From positions 1-32,367 of the IMG/VR virus record IMGVR_UViG_3300044512_002795: a DNA stretch of 32,367 nt; one strand, given 5' to 3'. Shown piece after piece: positions 23,860-32,120 of this stretch. Origin of the DNA: a virus (taxonomy: Duplodnaviria; Caudoviricetes). Every line of letters begins with the position of its first letter. Within the stretch, counting starts at the first letter, position 1. The translations under genes and the position numbers were made by a program. The notes under the pieces are model-generated. The model saw nothing but the letters and a program-made list of their open reading frames with translations. It ran no database searches and had not been told where the DNA came from.

Positions 23860-25691
23860 TAACCAAACATTTTGGGAGTAAACGTATAGTTAATTTCCTC
23901 TTGTTTGGTATTTTTAATATCATTATAGGCCTTAATTGCCCAATTACCTAACATTAGTGTGGTATAATTATCTTTCCTAGCTCGGTTGACAGAGCTGCTG
24001 CGGCGTAAGTGTTGAGGTAAATCAAAAGTTTGTGCTCCTTTAGCTGTGGTCTTGACTTCAACTAAAGCACACTGCTTTTTAGTTTGATGAATCATGTCAT
24101 CTTGGAACTCTATGAATTCGCCTTTTGTATCGTGAGGGGTAAGTTTGAGAGGGACTGCCTGATTAGTAGCTTTATCGAAAAAACTTCCACAAGCAGCAGT
24201 TCTAGACCCGAACCAAATACGACGATGGTCAATGGAAGCCTGTAGGTATTCGTTAGCTTCTCTTAGGAAAGCAGTAGAAAATAATTGTTTAAAGCAGATA
24301 ACACCTTCTTTTTTGTTATACTGAGCCTTTGCCTTGAGTAACATATTTTGATAATCGGCTCCTGATTTATCACTATTATAATCAAAAAACTTAAGATTAA
24401 TTTTTGAGTTAGTAAATAATTCAGACTCGTTAGCACTATCAATAAATTGGTACCCGGCATTATCAATGATAATTAAACTTAAATTAAAGCTCGTCACTAT
24501 ATAATAAAGGTATTTTATATGATCTTTGAGATTCCCCCCAGCTACAGCATAAGAGTGAATTAACGTAGAGTTATTAGAAGCGTCTGGGTCGATTTCTAAA
24601 ACTGACATGGCGAAATAATCCGAGCTAGGGCTATTACTAAAACTTGGGTCAATTGCTAGGATATACTGTTGGTCTTTATCACCTTTTAAAAGCGTGTTAG
24701 GTTTTTCACCGTCTGGAATAGTACAGTCATACATTTTCTTTGCACTAAAATAACTATCACTTCCATCAGTAAACTGAGCACAATATTCACGTAAAAAAGA
24801 AGAGTTGGAAGAACCTCCTGATCGAGCTTCTTCTATAACTGTAGTGTCAATCATATCGGTAGGAATGGAATCAAAGCCCATTTGAGATATGAAATAATTT
24901 GATTGTAAAATATCATCAGAATAAATATTCCCCATCCATTCTTTATAGGTTTTATATAAATTCTCAAAACTGAAACTCGCTGAAGATAAAGCTATCATTT
25001 TAGAATTATTCCTAAACACTATTCTATGCTTTTCCTCCATATCCCCTTTTGCTATGAGTTCATCCTCCATTTCTCTTATTTTAATTCTTTCTGCCATATC
25101 TTGAGGAGCTACCAGAAACGGCATGAGAACACTTTTGATTGTTTCTTCAGGTAATAATAGGAACTCGTCCAGTACCAAAATATTAGCACGAAATCCTCGA
25201 ATTTTTTCACCACTTAAAGGAATAGCAGTAATAGTACCTTCATTGATTTTCCACTCAAACTGATCATTACGTTTAGATTTAACGCCAAAAGCATGAGCTA
25301 ACATTTGAGCCTCTTTAGACTCAACAATCTTTTCTATATTATTAAAAATAAATCGAGCTGTACGGAAAGTAGGACCAGCAATTAGTATCTTTGTTCTGGG
25401 CTCGAAAACACATTGTAGAAAACAATAGACAGCAGCTATAAAACTTTTACCACAACCGCGCCCCCAGACGCACATATTAAAGTTACGATTAAAAAATGCT
25501 TTTAATGTAATCTCTTGAAAAGGAGCTAATTTAATACCTGATAAGAGTTCTGTCGTAAAACCTAAGTTTTGGCGAAGAAATTTAGCTAAAGTTATTTTAG
25601 CTTGTCTATCTGTTATTTCTCCTTCTATTTGTCTGTACTCTTCGTTTAGGTTAGGTAAAGAGGTTTTATATTTTTCTGGACAGTACCACAT
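23859..25691 (-). CDS. terL: terminase large subunit (610 aa)
   Basis: Walker A WGRGCGKS, IRGFRA plus Walker B ILVLDE, motif III LSSA, FLREYCAQF, RNase-H-like nuclease LAIDPS...SDYF and C-terminal KDNYTT. Confidence 0.92.
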   Translation of the reverse strand: MWYCPEKYKTSLPNLNEEYRQIEGEITDRQAKITLAKFLRQNLGFTTELLSGIKLAPFQEITLKAFFNRNFNMCVWGRGCGKSFIAAVYCFLQCVFEPRTKILIAGPTFRTARFIFNNIEKIVESKEAQMLAHAFGVKSKRNDQFEWKINEGTITAIPLSGEKIRGFRANILVLDEFLLLPEETIKSVLMPFLVAPQDMAERIKIREMEDELIAKGDMEEKHRIVFRNNSKMIALSSASFSFENLYKTYKEWMGNIYSDDILQSNYFISQMGFDSIPTDMIDTTVIEEARSGGSSNSSFLREYCAQFTDGSDSYFSAKKMYDCTIPDGEKPNTLLKGDKDQQYILAIDPSFSNSPSSDYFAMSVLEIDPDASNNSTLIHSYAVAGGNLKDHIKYLYYIVTSFNLSLIIIDNAGYQFIDSANESELFTNSKINLKFFDYNSDKSGADYQNMLLKAKAQYNKKEGVICFKQLFSTAFLREANEYLQASIDHRRIWFGSRTAACGSFFDKATNQAVPLKLTPHDTKGEFIEFQDDMIHQTKKQCALVEVKTTAKGAQTFDLPQHLRRSSSVNRARKDNYTTLMLGNWAIKAYNDIKNTKQEEINYTFTPKMFG

Positions 25692-26629
25692 TATAATAAT
25701 TTTAAGTCGTAAGCTAACTGAAGATCAAATTTATCTTTTAAAACATCTGATAACAAAAGTTTTTTAACTATCCTCACACACTCTTGTCTTCCGTCTACGA
25801 AAAGAAATTGTATGTGGGGGTATTGCTGTATTAAGTCTCTAACATTATGAAAAATAAAATCAGGAGTAACTCTAGTATTTTTTTTATATACATGAGCTAA
25901 CTTATTGAAAGCAAGACACTCTTCTATTTTTCTTTCAATTAAAATAACCATATAAGCGTTTTCTTCCGCAGCTTTAGCTATTTCGTTTTTAAATCTCTCT
26001 AAACCGGAACTAAGAGTACCAATTAAATCAGGTACAGATTTTCTTTCTATATAAGTATTATGAGTTTTATCTTTATCGTTTAGGCAATAATCACCAAATT
26101 TCAAACCTTTTACTTCTGTAGGAAAATCTAAAATTCTCAAAGGTTTTTGTTCTCTAGAGTCGATGTATATTAAATGGTCTTCGTTAAATTTTTCTTTGAA
26201 AACCATTTTTTTTGGAAATTTTGATAATTTCGTTTTAAGTCCTACAGACTCGCATAACTTATAATAATCATCAAAGATTGTATCGTAATAATGGATGGGA
26301 GGGAAAGGTAATGTTCTTAATTCGACTTCGGTTGGAGCGTACTTTATGTTTTTTTCTTTTTTTCTTTTAACAAGTAGATTCTTACAATACTCTCGGGACT
26401 GATCTAACGGTATATTTTTAAGCCAGCTTTTTAAACTTTTTTTATCATTAAAGTCTGAAGAAAAATACTGATCTTTATTTTTAAATTTAATGAGTTTTTT
26501 TGTATGTAAATCATATCTAGGGTAATGATTGTGATAGTAATCTTTTACGGAAATTTTATGAGCCTTCAAATGTAAATGAAGCCCTTTATCTTTTGTAAAT
26601 TCTTTCTCACATATTTTACACTTAACCAT
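25691..26629 (-). CDS. C2H2 zinc finger plus ERCC4 (XPF/Mus81-type) nuclease domain protein
   Basis: N-terminal CKIC-x12-HLKAH. C-terminal IYIDSREQKP...LKFGDY...IERKSVPDLIGT matches the ERCC4 GDxnERKx3D signature. Confidence 0.85.
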   Translation of the reverse strand: MVKCKICEKEFTKDKGLHLHLKAHKISVKDYYHNHYPRYDLHTKKLIKFKNKDQYFSSDFNDKKSLKSWLKNIPLDQSREYCKNLLVKRKKEKNIKYAPTEVELRTLPFPPIHYYDTIFDDYYKLCESVGLKTKLSKFPKKMVFKEKFNEDHLIYIDSREQKPLRILDFPTEVKGLKFGDYCLNDKDKTHNTYIERKSVPDLIGTLSSGLERFKNEIAKAAEENAYMVILIERKIEECLAFNKLAHVYKKNTRVTPDFIFHNVRDLIQQYPHIQFLFVDGRQECVRIVKKLLLSDVLKDKFDLQLAYDLKLL

Positions 26630-27731
26630 TTAAAACCTCTTCTTCGCTTATACCCATTATCCTAGACTTTATCTCCTCCATAGACCCGAGTCTTTCTATC
26701 TCCGAAGAAATATTTTTACGTCTAAGGTCGGCTATCTTAATCATTTTATTACGAGACTCTTCATCTTTCCAAAGTTCTACCAAATTTAAAATAGAAGCAG
26801 ACTGCTGCATCTGTTTACTCATCCGTTGACTTCTTTTTTCTTTTAACTCATTCAGTAGTTTAGTTTGTCTGTTTACACATTGATTATATTCAGTCTGTGC
26901 GGTATTAATTGCTTCAACCAAACTCATTGCCATTCTACGACCTTCCGTATCTTCAGCGTTTTGATCTAAGAGAGTTTGCAATCTTTCAACTCTTCGTTGG
27001 ATATTCGAAGCTATAACAACTTCAGCAGAAAGAACTATATACTGATCTACCTCTTCTTGAGTAAGATCATCTTTATCCCACGTATATCTTACGAAACTGC
27101 TCTCAAACAATTCCCTATCAGTTTCTATAGAGTATGTACTAATTTGATGTAAGAACCGATACGTATGCATGTATCCGATTAACGTAGAAAGACTTCTTTT
27201 ATGTTTAGAGGTAACTTTATTTTTATCTATACCGTTATGGACATACTTATTAACTCTTACTAAGGCTCTTGCTTCAGATTTAGGAGGAGCATATCCTCCT
27301 TCAGGTGTCTCTTCAGGTGTTACGTCAGAGTACTTCACCTTATTGTCTATATTGTTTAAATACTCTAAAAGAATTTTATATCTAAGATCGAGTGCGGATA
27401 TTTTAGGTTCTTCAAATATAACTCGAGCTATTTCCATAGGTTTCATAGACCCGCAGTTATTATATATATACTCTTTTTGATCTTCGGTTAATTCAGCCTT
27501 TTCTTTTGGGTAATGTTTACTTGTGACTTTAGCTTCTAGACCCTTGTCTAGTAAAAATTTTTTAACAGCTCTCCCTTCTTTAGATCTTCCGTCTTGTTTA
27601 TCCTTTGGTAAATCAGGAAAAATAAATTTCATAATCTCATTTATATAAAGATTCTTGTCTTCTCCGCTGTTCCATAATTTTAGGATAGCTAACTCTTGAT
27701 CTGAGCTAAGGGTAAACTTTTTAGCACTCAT
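26622..27731 (-). CDS. conserved hypothetical helical protein, candidate terminase small subunit / DNA-binding protein
   Basis: 369 aa with an HTH-like segment (LTEDQKEYIYNN...MKPMEIARVIF) and a long C-terminal coiled coil, in the packaging operon. Function is inferred. Confidence 0.4.
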   Translation of the reverse strand: MSAKKFTLSSDQELAILKLWNSGEDKNLYINEIMKFIFPDLPKDKQDGRSKEGRAVKKFLLDKGLEAKVTSKHYPKEKAELTEDQKEYIYNNCGSMKPMEIARVIFEEPKISALDLRYKILLEYLNNIDNKVKYSDVTPEETPEGGYAPPKSEARALVRVNKYVHNGIDKNKVTSKHKRSLSTLIGYMHTYRFLHQISTYSIETDRELFESSFVRYTWDKDDLTQEEVDQYIVLSAEVVIASNIQRRVERLQTLLDQNAEDTEGRRMAMSLVEAINTAQTEYNQCVNRQTKLLNELKEKRSQRMSKQMQQSASILNLVELWKDEESRNKMIKIADLRRKNISSEIERLGSMEEIKSRIMGISEEEVLNG

Positions 27732-28411
27732 AATATTTCTATATCGCCATCATTTAACATTTTTTTGACTTTATTAATAATAGCTTTTTTTACATTTTTG
27801 ATTTGCTTATATCCGGGGACACGGTTTTTTTCATTTGTTTTGTACCCCATTAACGTTGCAGCGTCTTCCTCAGACATATGGTCAATATAAAGAGCCTTAT
27901 ATATTTTCCATTCAGCTGGTTTTAAAGTTTCTTTCATCTTCGAGTTAACTTTTTCCATAACCCTTATAATATCAATATTACTGTATTCGGCAGCGTTTAA
28001 CTCGTAGGTATGGTCATTTATCGAGACGGGGAGTTTAGCATTATAAGCCTGTTTTTTTGTTTTACTCCAGTTAGCAAAAAGAGGGCAGGCTTCACTTTGT
28101 TTACCGTATATGTAACATAAGTCTCCAGCTTCTGCTGCAGCACATTTCAGACAGGGTCTGCAGTAATTACCATAATTGTTACGGATTAAGTTTTTAATCT
28201 GATTAGAAATTATTCTATTAATCCACGGATTTAACGGTTTGTTAATGTCATATAAATGCCATTTGTTAAATATATGAATCCTAAGAATTTGAGAAACGTC
28301 ATCAAAGTCCATCCATGAAAGTGCCGTTAGGTTCCACTTGGATCTTCTTTTTTTTATTTCCTTATCTATTTGTTCAATATGATCTTCAAATTTTAATTTA
28401 GGTTTTCGCAT
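27728..28411 (-). CDS. phage-encoded sigma70-family (ECF-like) sigma factor with Cys-rich insertion
   Basis: Region-2-like DFDDVSQILRIHIFNKWHLYD...PWINRIISNQIKNLIR and region-4-like LKPAEWKIYKALYIDHMSEEDAATLMG. Likely start is ATG 28411 (the track extends to 28435). Confidence 0.75.
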   Translation of the reverse strand: MRKPKLKFEDHIEQIDKEIKKRRSKWNLTALSWMDFDDVSQILRIHIFNKWHLYDINKPLNPWINRIISNQIKNLIRNNYGNYCRPCLKCAAAEAGDLCYIYGKQSEACPLFANWSKTKKQAYNAKLPVSINDHTYELNAAEYSNIDIIRVMEKVNSKMKETLKPAEWKIYKALYIDHMSEEDAATLMGYKTNEKNRVPGYKQIKNVKKAIINKVKKMLNDGDIEIL

Positions 28412-28787
28412 CAGATTTGCGTGAACTTCCAGCATCCCTCATAAAGTCCTGTTCAAAAGTATCCAAAGAGTAACTAGAGTCCACCTCTCTTCGAAACCCT
28501 TCTTCGTCGCTATCAGTATTAGATCCCATAATGTCCCCTATCTTACTTACATTTTTAAATCTAGATGCTTCGATACTAACTTGTAGTTTATCAATATCTG
28601 GAATTGAAAATTCTTCTTCTTCCTCTACTTCAATTTGAGGCTCAACAGTTCTAGTTCGGGGTTTAAAGTTTTTTTTAACCGGCGCTGACGCAGCCAAAGA
28701 AAAAGATTTACCACAAGAAGCACAAAATTTGGGCTTACTTAAAGAATACTCTGTTGCTGAACCGCAATCTGGACAATACGTTTTCAT
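28398..28787 (-). CDS. zinc-ribbon protein with acidic tail (129 aa)
   Basis: YCPDCG...KFCASCG at the N-terminus, acidic low-complexity C-terminus. Confidence 0.75.
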   Translation of the reverse strand: MKTYCPDCGSATEYSLSKPKFCASCGKSFSLAASAPVKKNFKPRTRTVEPQIEVEEEEEFSIPDIDKLQVSIEASRFKNVSKIGDIMGSNTDSDEEGFRREVDSSYSLDTFEQDFMRDAGSSRKSDAKT

Positions 28788-28797
28788 AAAAAAATAT

Positions 28798-28845
28798 TAC
28801 ACTATATATATTATTAATCCCTGCTACTTTTTCAAAAAAAGTGTA
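28798..28845. promoter_or_regulatory. divergent pair of AGTGTA motifs
   Basis: Minus-strand copy at 28803-28798, 10 nt before ATG 28787. Plus-strand copy at 28840-28845, 13 nt before ATG 28859. Confidence 0.6.
28808..28835 (-). promoter_or_regulatory. possible sigma70-like promoter TTGAAA-N16-TAATAT
   Basis: Same -35 hexamer and spacing as the promoter at 607-634. Lies upstream of the zinc-ribbon/sigma/terminase operon. The region is AT-rich, so a chance match is possible. Confidence 0.4.
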
Positions 28846-28858
28846 CTCTATTTTATAT

Positions 28859-29137
28859 ATGCGAGATTCCCGCTTTACTAATTCGGATGGTATTGAATAT
28901 GAACTAATATGGAAAAAACCTCATTATAAATACAAAGCTGATGGATTATGCAGTGATCCAGAATCTGAAAAACCAACTATTGAAATAGATCCGACCCTAA
29001 AAGACAGAAGAAAAATGAGTGTCCTCATTGAAGAAGTCACTCATGCTTTCTTTTGGGATATCCCTGAATATAAAGTTAGAAAATTCTCTGCTCTTGTAGC
29101 GAGACTTATAAAACAAAATATTAGTGATTCTCAATAG
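28859..29137 (+). CDS. small zincin-like protein with degenerate metal motif (92 aa)
   Basis: DGLC...TIEIDPTL...SVLIEEVTHAFF resembles minimal HExxH metallopeptidase-like proteins. ATG 28859 is preferred over GTG 28841. Confidence 0.55.
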   Translation: MRDSRFTNSDGIEYELIWKKPHYKYKADGLCSDPESEKPTIEIDPTLKDRRKMSVLIEEVTHAFFWDIPEYKVRKFSALVARLIKQNISDSQ

Positions 29138-29882
29138 TATTTATTTTTTGTACAATAAATCTTGTTATAGCTGATCTAACAATATCCGTTTCATCAAATT
29201 CGAAGGTATGAATTCCCATATCTCGACTTTCTTCGTTATCGAAAGCCGAAAATATTTTTTCAAACCCTCCTCTATTACCGTTCTTTAAATCTGTTTGCAT
29301 AGGGTCAGCCATTATAAAAGCTCTAGAATACCTACCAATTCGAGTGAGGACTGTTACAATTTCTCTAAAAGAGCTGTTTTGAGCTTCGTCTAAAAGAATA
29401 GCTTTTCCATTCCAACTCATACCCCTAGCAAAATTTACGGGATGTATTGATACTCTTTGATCTCTTTGTAGTTTTTTTACAGTATCTTCATTTAAAAGCT
29501 CGTCTAACTTATCCATAAAAGGTAAATTATAATAATGCAATTTCTCATCGGCATCTCCGGGAAGAAAACCTAGCCTAGAATCTGAGCTTTCTACTGCAGA
29601 ACGCATATATATCACATCAGAGATTTTAGAGTCGTTAAGAAGGTTAAGAGCAGCATAAACTGCTATTAAGGTCTTAGAACTTCCAGCAGGCCCTTTACAG
29701 AGCATTAGTCTTGTAGATTTATTTAATGATATTTCTATAAAGCGTTTTTGCTTTTCTGTCCATGGTAATTCTTCTATATAAAAGTTTTCCCTTGGTTTAA
29801 TTGTATCCCTTTGGTGAATTTTCACCTTTCCGTCGGTAACTTCAAGGGACTCAAAGTCCCCTGTGTGTTTAACTCTTGACAT
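29121..29882 (-). CDS. phoH: PhoH-family ATPase (253 aa)
   Basis: GPAGSSKT, LGFLPGDADEK, FARGMSW, ILLDEAQN, VLTRIG, DPMQTDL, DIVRS. Start is ATG 29882 (MSRVKH); the track's extension to 30101 overlaps the divergent gene. Confidence 0.93.
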   Translation of the reverse strand: MSRVKHTGDFESLEVTDGKVKIHQRDTIKPRENFYIEELPWTEKQKRFIEISLNKSTRLMLCKGPAGSSKTLIAVYAALNLLNDSKISDVIYMRSAVESSDSRLGFLPGDADEKLHYYNLPFMDKLDELLNEDTVKKLQRDQRVSIHPVNFARGMSWNGKAILLDEAQNSSFREIVTVLTRIGRYSRAFIMADPMQTDLKNGNRGGFEKIFSAFDNEESRDMGIHTFEFDETDIVRSAITRFIVQKINTIENH

Positions 29883-29893
29883 CACTAGTATGA

Positions 29894-29910
29894 TACACGC
29901 TTTTAGTGTA
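29894..29910. promoter_or_regulatory. back-to-back divergent GTGTA motifs (TACAC-N7-GTGTA)
   Basis: Minus-strand CGTGTA 11 nt before the phoH ATG 29882. Plus-strand AGTGTA 18 nt before ATG 29929. Confidence 0.6.
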
Positions 29911-29928
29911 ATATTAAAATGAAAAGTT

Positions 29929-30441
29929 ATGGGGGAAATAAAAAATACAATTACTAATTTAGCTAATGTAAGTGAGAACTTCATTAAGCTGTCTCCAGAA
30001 TCTATAGATAAAGGACAGGTAGGTGCAGTCTTAGAAAGTTTACTTGGAGAGTATGGATGGATTCTTTTAATAGCTATTTTGACTATAATAGCCAAGGACA
30101 TGATTATAAATTTTGTTCAAGGATTACTCGTATTTATGGGGAATGATTTTAACAATGATGATATTATTTATATATCAGGTCGTCAAGCTCGTATAGTTCG
30201 AGTAGGAGTTCGTAATACAGTTTTTTACATGTCAGATCGACGCAGTAAGATGTTAGTACCTAACGAGCAGTTAAAACACCTTACTATTGAGAAAGCCCTC
30301 CCTAAAAACGGAGGACAGCCTTATTTACCCAAAGCTAGCGACCCCGGCTTTGTTGGATGGGAAGAAGTTCCACTGCCTCCTGCTCCAACTCAAGTTGAGG
30401 TAATAGAAAAGGCTGACAAACGGAAAAGACCTAAAAAATAA
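29929..30441 (+). CDS. MscS-like (small mechanosensitive channel domain) membrane protein
   Basis: TM segment WILLIAILTIIAKDMIINFVQGLLVF followed by FNNDDIIYISGRQARIVRVGVRNT...MLVPNEQL, the MscS TM3 plus beta-domain pattern. Confidence 0.7.
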   Translation: MGEIKNTITNLANVSENFIKLSPESIDKGQVGAVLESLLGEYGWILLIAILTIIAKDMIINFVQGLLVFMGNDFNNDDIIYISGRQARIVRVGVRNTVFYMSDRRSKMLVPNEQLKHLTIEKALPKNGGQPYLPKASDPGFVGWEEVPLPPAPTQVEVIEKADKRKRPKK

Positions 30442-30467
30442 AAAAAATATCAGCCCTGTCTTAAAAC

Positions 30468-30473
30468 AGTGTA
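30468..30473 (+). promoter_or_regulatory. AGTGTA upstream motif (candidate phage promoter)
   Basis: AGTGTAATTCTCTTTAAGAAAA-ATG(30490). Confidence 0.6.
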
Positions 30474-30489
30474 ATTCTCTTTAAGAAAA

Positions 30490-31053
30490 ATGAAAATTGT
30501 AGACTTTTCAGAACAGATTATTAAATGGCGCGAAGAGCAAGAAGCTGCTATGAGTAAAAAGCAGTATGAAAAAATTGACACTAAAGAGCTCAAACGTGAT
30601 AACCAAAAAGAAAAAGAAAAGCATGAAAAAGATGCTTTGAAAGACGACGATAGTAAAATTAAAAAACTCAAAAAGGGTAAACCTTCCGAGAAGAAAAGCG
30701 TCGAAATCGTCGATATCGAAAAAGATAAAAAATACGACAAGAAAAATCTTAAGCAGATGAAAAGCGCTGTCTTAAGCTCAAAAGAAAAAAATAATCTTCC
30801 TGATTCTGATTTTGCATATATTGAGCCCGGAGGAGAAAAAGACGATGAAGGTAAAACAGTCCCCCGTTCATTAAGACATCTCCCAATTAACGATGCTGCT
30901 CATGTACGCAATGCCCTAGCTCGTTTGGACCAAACTAAAATTAGTGAAGAGGCCAAGAAAGCAGCCCTGAAAAAAATTAAAGCTGCGGCTAAAAAGTTCG
31001 GAATAAAAGTCAGCGAAGCTTCTGCTTCAGTGGACTATTCGGACCTGTACTAA
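30490..31053 (+). CDS. DUF6582-like domain protein with charged N-terminus
   Basis: LPDSDFAYI...RHLPINDAAHVRNALARLDQ...KIKAAAKKFGI matches the DUF6582 pattern as recalled. The N-terminal half is K/E/D-rich. Confidence 0.65.
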   Translation: MKIVDFSEQIIKWREEQEAAMSKKQYEKIDTKELKRDNQKEKEKHEKDALKDDDSKIKKLKKGKPSEKKSVEIVDIEKDKKYDKKNLKQMKSAVLSSKEKNNLPDSDFAYIEPGGEKDDEGKTVPRSLRHLPINDAAHVRNALARLDQTKISEEAKKAALKKIKAAAKKFGIKVSEASASVDYSDLY

Positions 31054-31073
31054 AAATTAAAGCATGCAAAAAT

Positions 31074-31103
31074 AAAAACCCCCGTAAACGCGGGGGTTTT
31101 TTA
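31074..31103. terminator. bidirectional rho-independent terminator
   Basis: AAAAACCCCCG-TAAACG-CGGGGGTTTTTT, an 11-bp inverted repeat with A/T tracts on both sides, between convergent genes. Confidence 0.9.
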
Positions 31104-31110
31104 TATATAT

Positions 31111-31374
31111 TTAAGAATAGATTCCTGTAACAGTAATCGGTCTAAAACCTGCGTCGTATGTATCTAATATATATTCAAATAGGCCAGCGTTGTACTGTTT
31201 TCTAAAATATTCTCGGCCCAAATGATTTACTAATAATTGAAGCTGGTCTGAATCTCCAGTATTTATCAATCCAGTTATTAAAGCGTCATAACCCGTCGCT
31301 AATTCTCCAGTGTTAAATTCTTGATGAATTAAAGACTGTAAAATCATTGGGTTATTACCAGTGTAAATTGCCAT
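31111..31374 (-). CDS. hypothetical protein (87 aa)
   Basis: ORF with AGTGTA motif upstream and the terminator downstream. Confidence 0.65.
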   Translation of the reverse strand: MAIYTGNNPMILQSLIHQEFNTGELATGYDALITGLINTGDSDQLQLLVNHLGREYFRKQYNAGLFEYILDTYDAGFRPITVTGIYS

Positions 31375-31383
31375 AATTATTAA

Positions 31384-31389
31384 TACACT
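31384..31389 (-). promoter_or_regulatory. AGTGTA upstream motif (candidate phage promoter)
   Basis: AGTGTATTAATAATT-ATG(31374). Confidence 0.6.
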
Positions 31390-31396
31390 TAAAATA

Positions 31397-32101
31397 TTAA
31401 GCTGAACGATACTCTTTCAAAGGCTTTTTGTTATCTTCCTGCTCTTTGAGCTCTTCTTTTTTCGAATAGTGATTGTAAAAAAAGTATGGAGTGTTTCCGT
31501 AAGACCTGTCTATATCTTCCGAACATAAAGGTTCATTAAACATTTTAATCTTAGGAGGATTATCTCTAGGATAGGGAACTATAAAATCAGCATTATGCCA
31601 ACGCAAAAGGTTATTAGGGGGTATAGCATAATTACCATCATCCAACTCTATAAAATGAAAACACTTTGAATCTTGGTCATTAGCGTACCCAATATTAAGT
31701 TCATTTAAATCTCCTTCGTAATCGTCAATAGTAAATATATATTTACCTGAACGCCATACGTCATCCCGACAGTGAATGTCTACCCGTTTATTCTGCAAAA
31801 ACCCGAATGTCGTTACTGCAATATTGTTATCTTGACAATCCCATGTTTGTAGTAAAGATAAACGTTCTCCTTCATCTTCACTTAAAATATCGTAGTCTTC
31901 CTTATGACAAAAAGCTGATATAGGAACCTGCCAAAAAATTGCACCAAGACAAGACTGGAAATGAAAATGCATTGGTCTATTAATCATGGATTTTGCTCCA
32001 AATATATAACCTTCCGTCAGTCCTTTATCTTCGGGGCTGAATATATATTTATTTCTTATGTAGCATTGAATATAAGGAGTATTTGCGTTTAACTGAGCCA
32101 T
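31397..32101 (-). CDS. conserved phage hypothetical protein (234 aa)
   Basis: MAQLNANTP..C.IR..Y, QTWDC, GKYIFTID and PPNN..RW pattern recalled from aquatic phage hypothetical proteins. Function unknown. Confidence 0.7.
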   Translation of the reverse strand: MAQLNANTPYIQCYIRNKYIFSPEDKGLTEGYIFGAKSMINRPMHFHFQSCLGAIFWQVPISAFCHKEDYDILSEDEGERLSLLQTWDCQDNNIAVTTFGFLQNKRVDIHCRDDVWRSGKYIFTIDDYEGDLNELNIGYANDQDSKCFHFIELDDGNYAIPPNNLLRWHNADFIVPYPRDNPPKIKMFNEPLCSEDIDRSYGNTPYFFYNHYSKKEELKEQEDNKKPLKEYRSA

Positions 32102-32120
32102 ACTGTTATTAATTAAAAAC

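Noticed and set aside
23340-27480. Nested ORFs 23340-23555, 24263-24466 and 27169-27480
   Set aside because: They lie within well-supported portal, terminase and 369-aa genes and have no recognisable motifs.
28841-28858. GTG start for the 98-aa ORF
   Set aside because: The GTG is part of the AGTGTA motif; ATG 28859 fits the spacing seen at the other genes.
29883-30101. N-terminal extension of PhoH to 326 aa in the ORF track
   Set aside because: It overlaps the divergent MscS-like gene; ATG 29882 has the GTGTA motif upstream and gives a normal PhoH length.
30450-30740. 96-aa hydrophobic minus-strand ORF
   Set aside because: Antisense shadow of the Lys/Glu-rich 187-aa gene.
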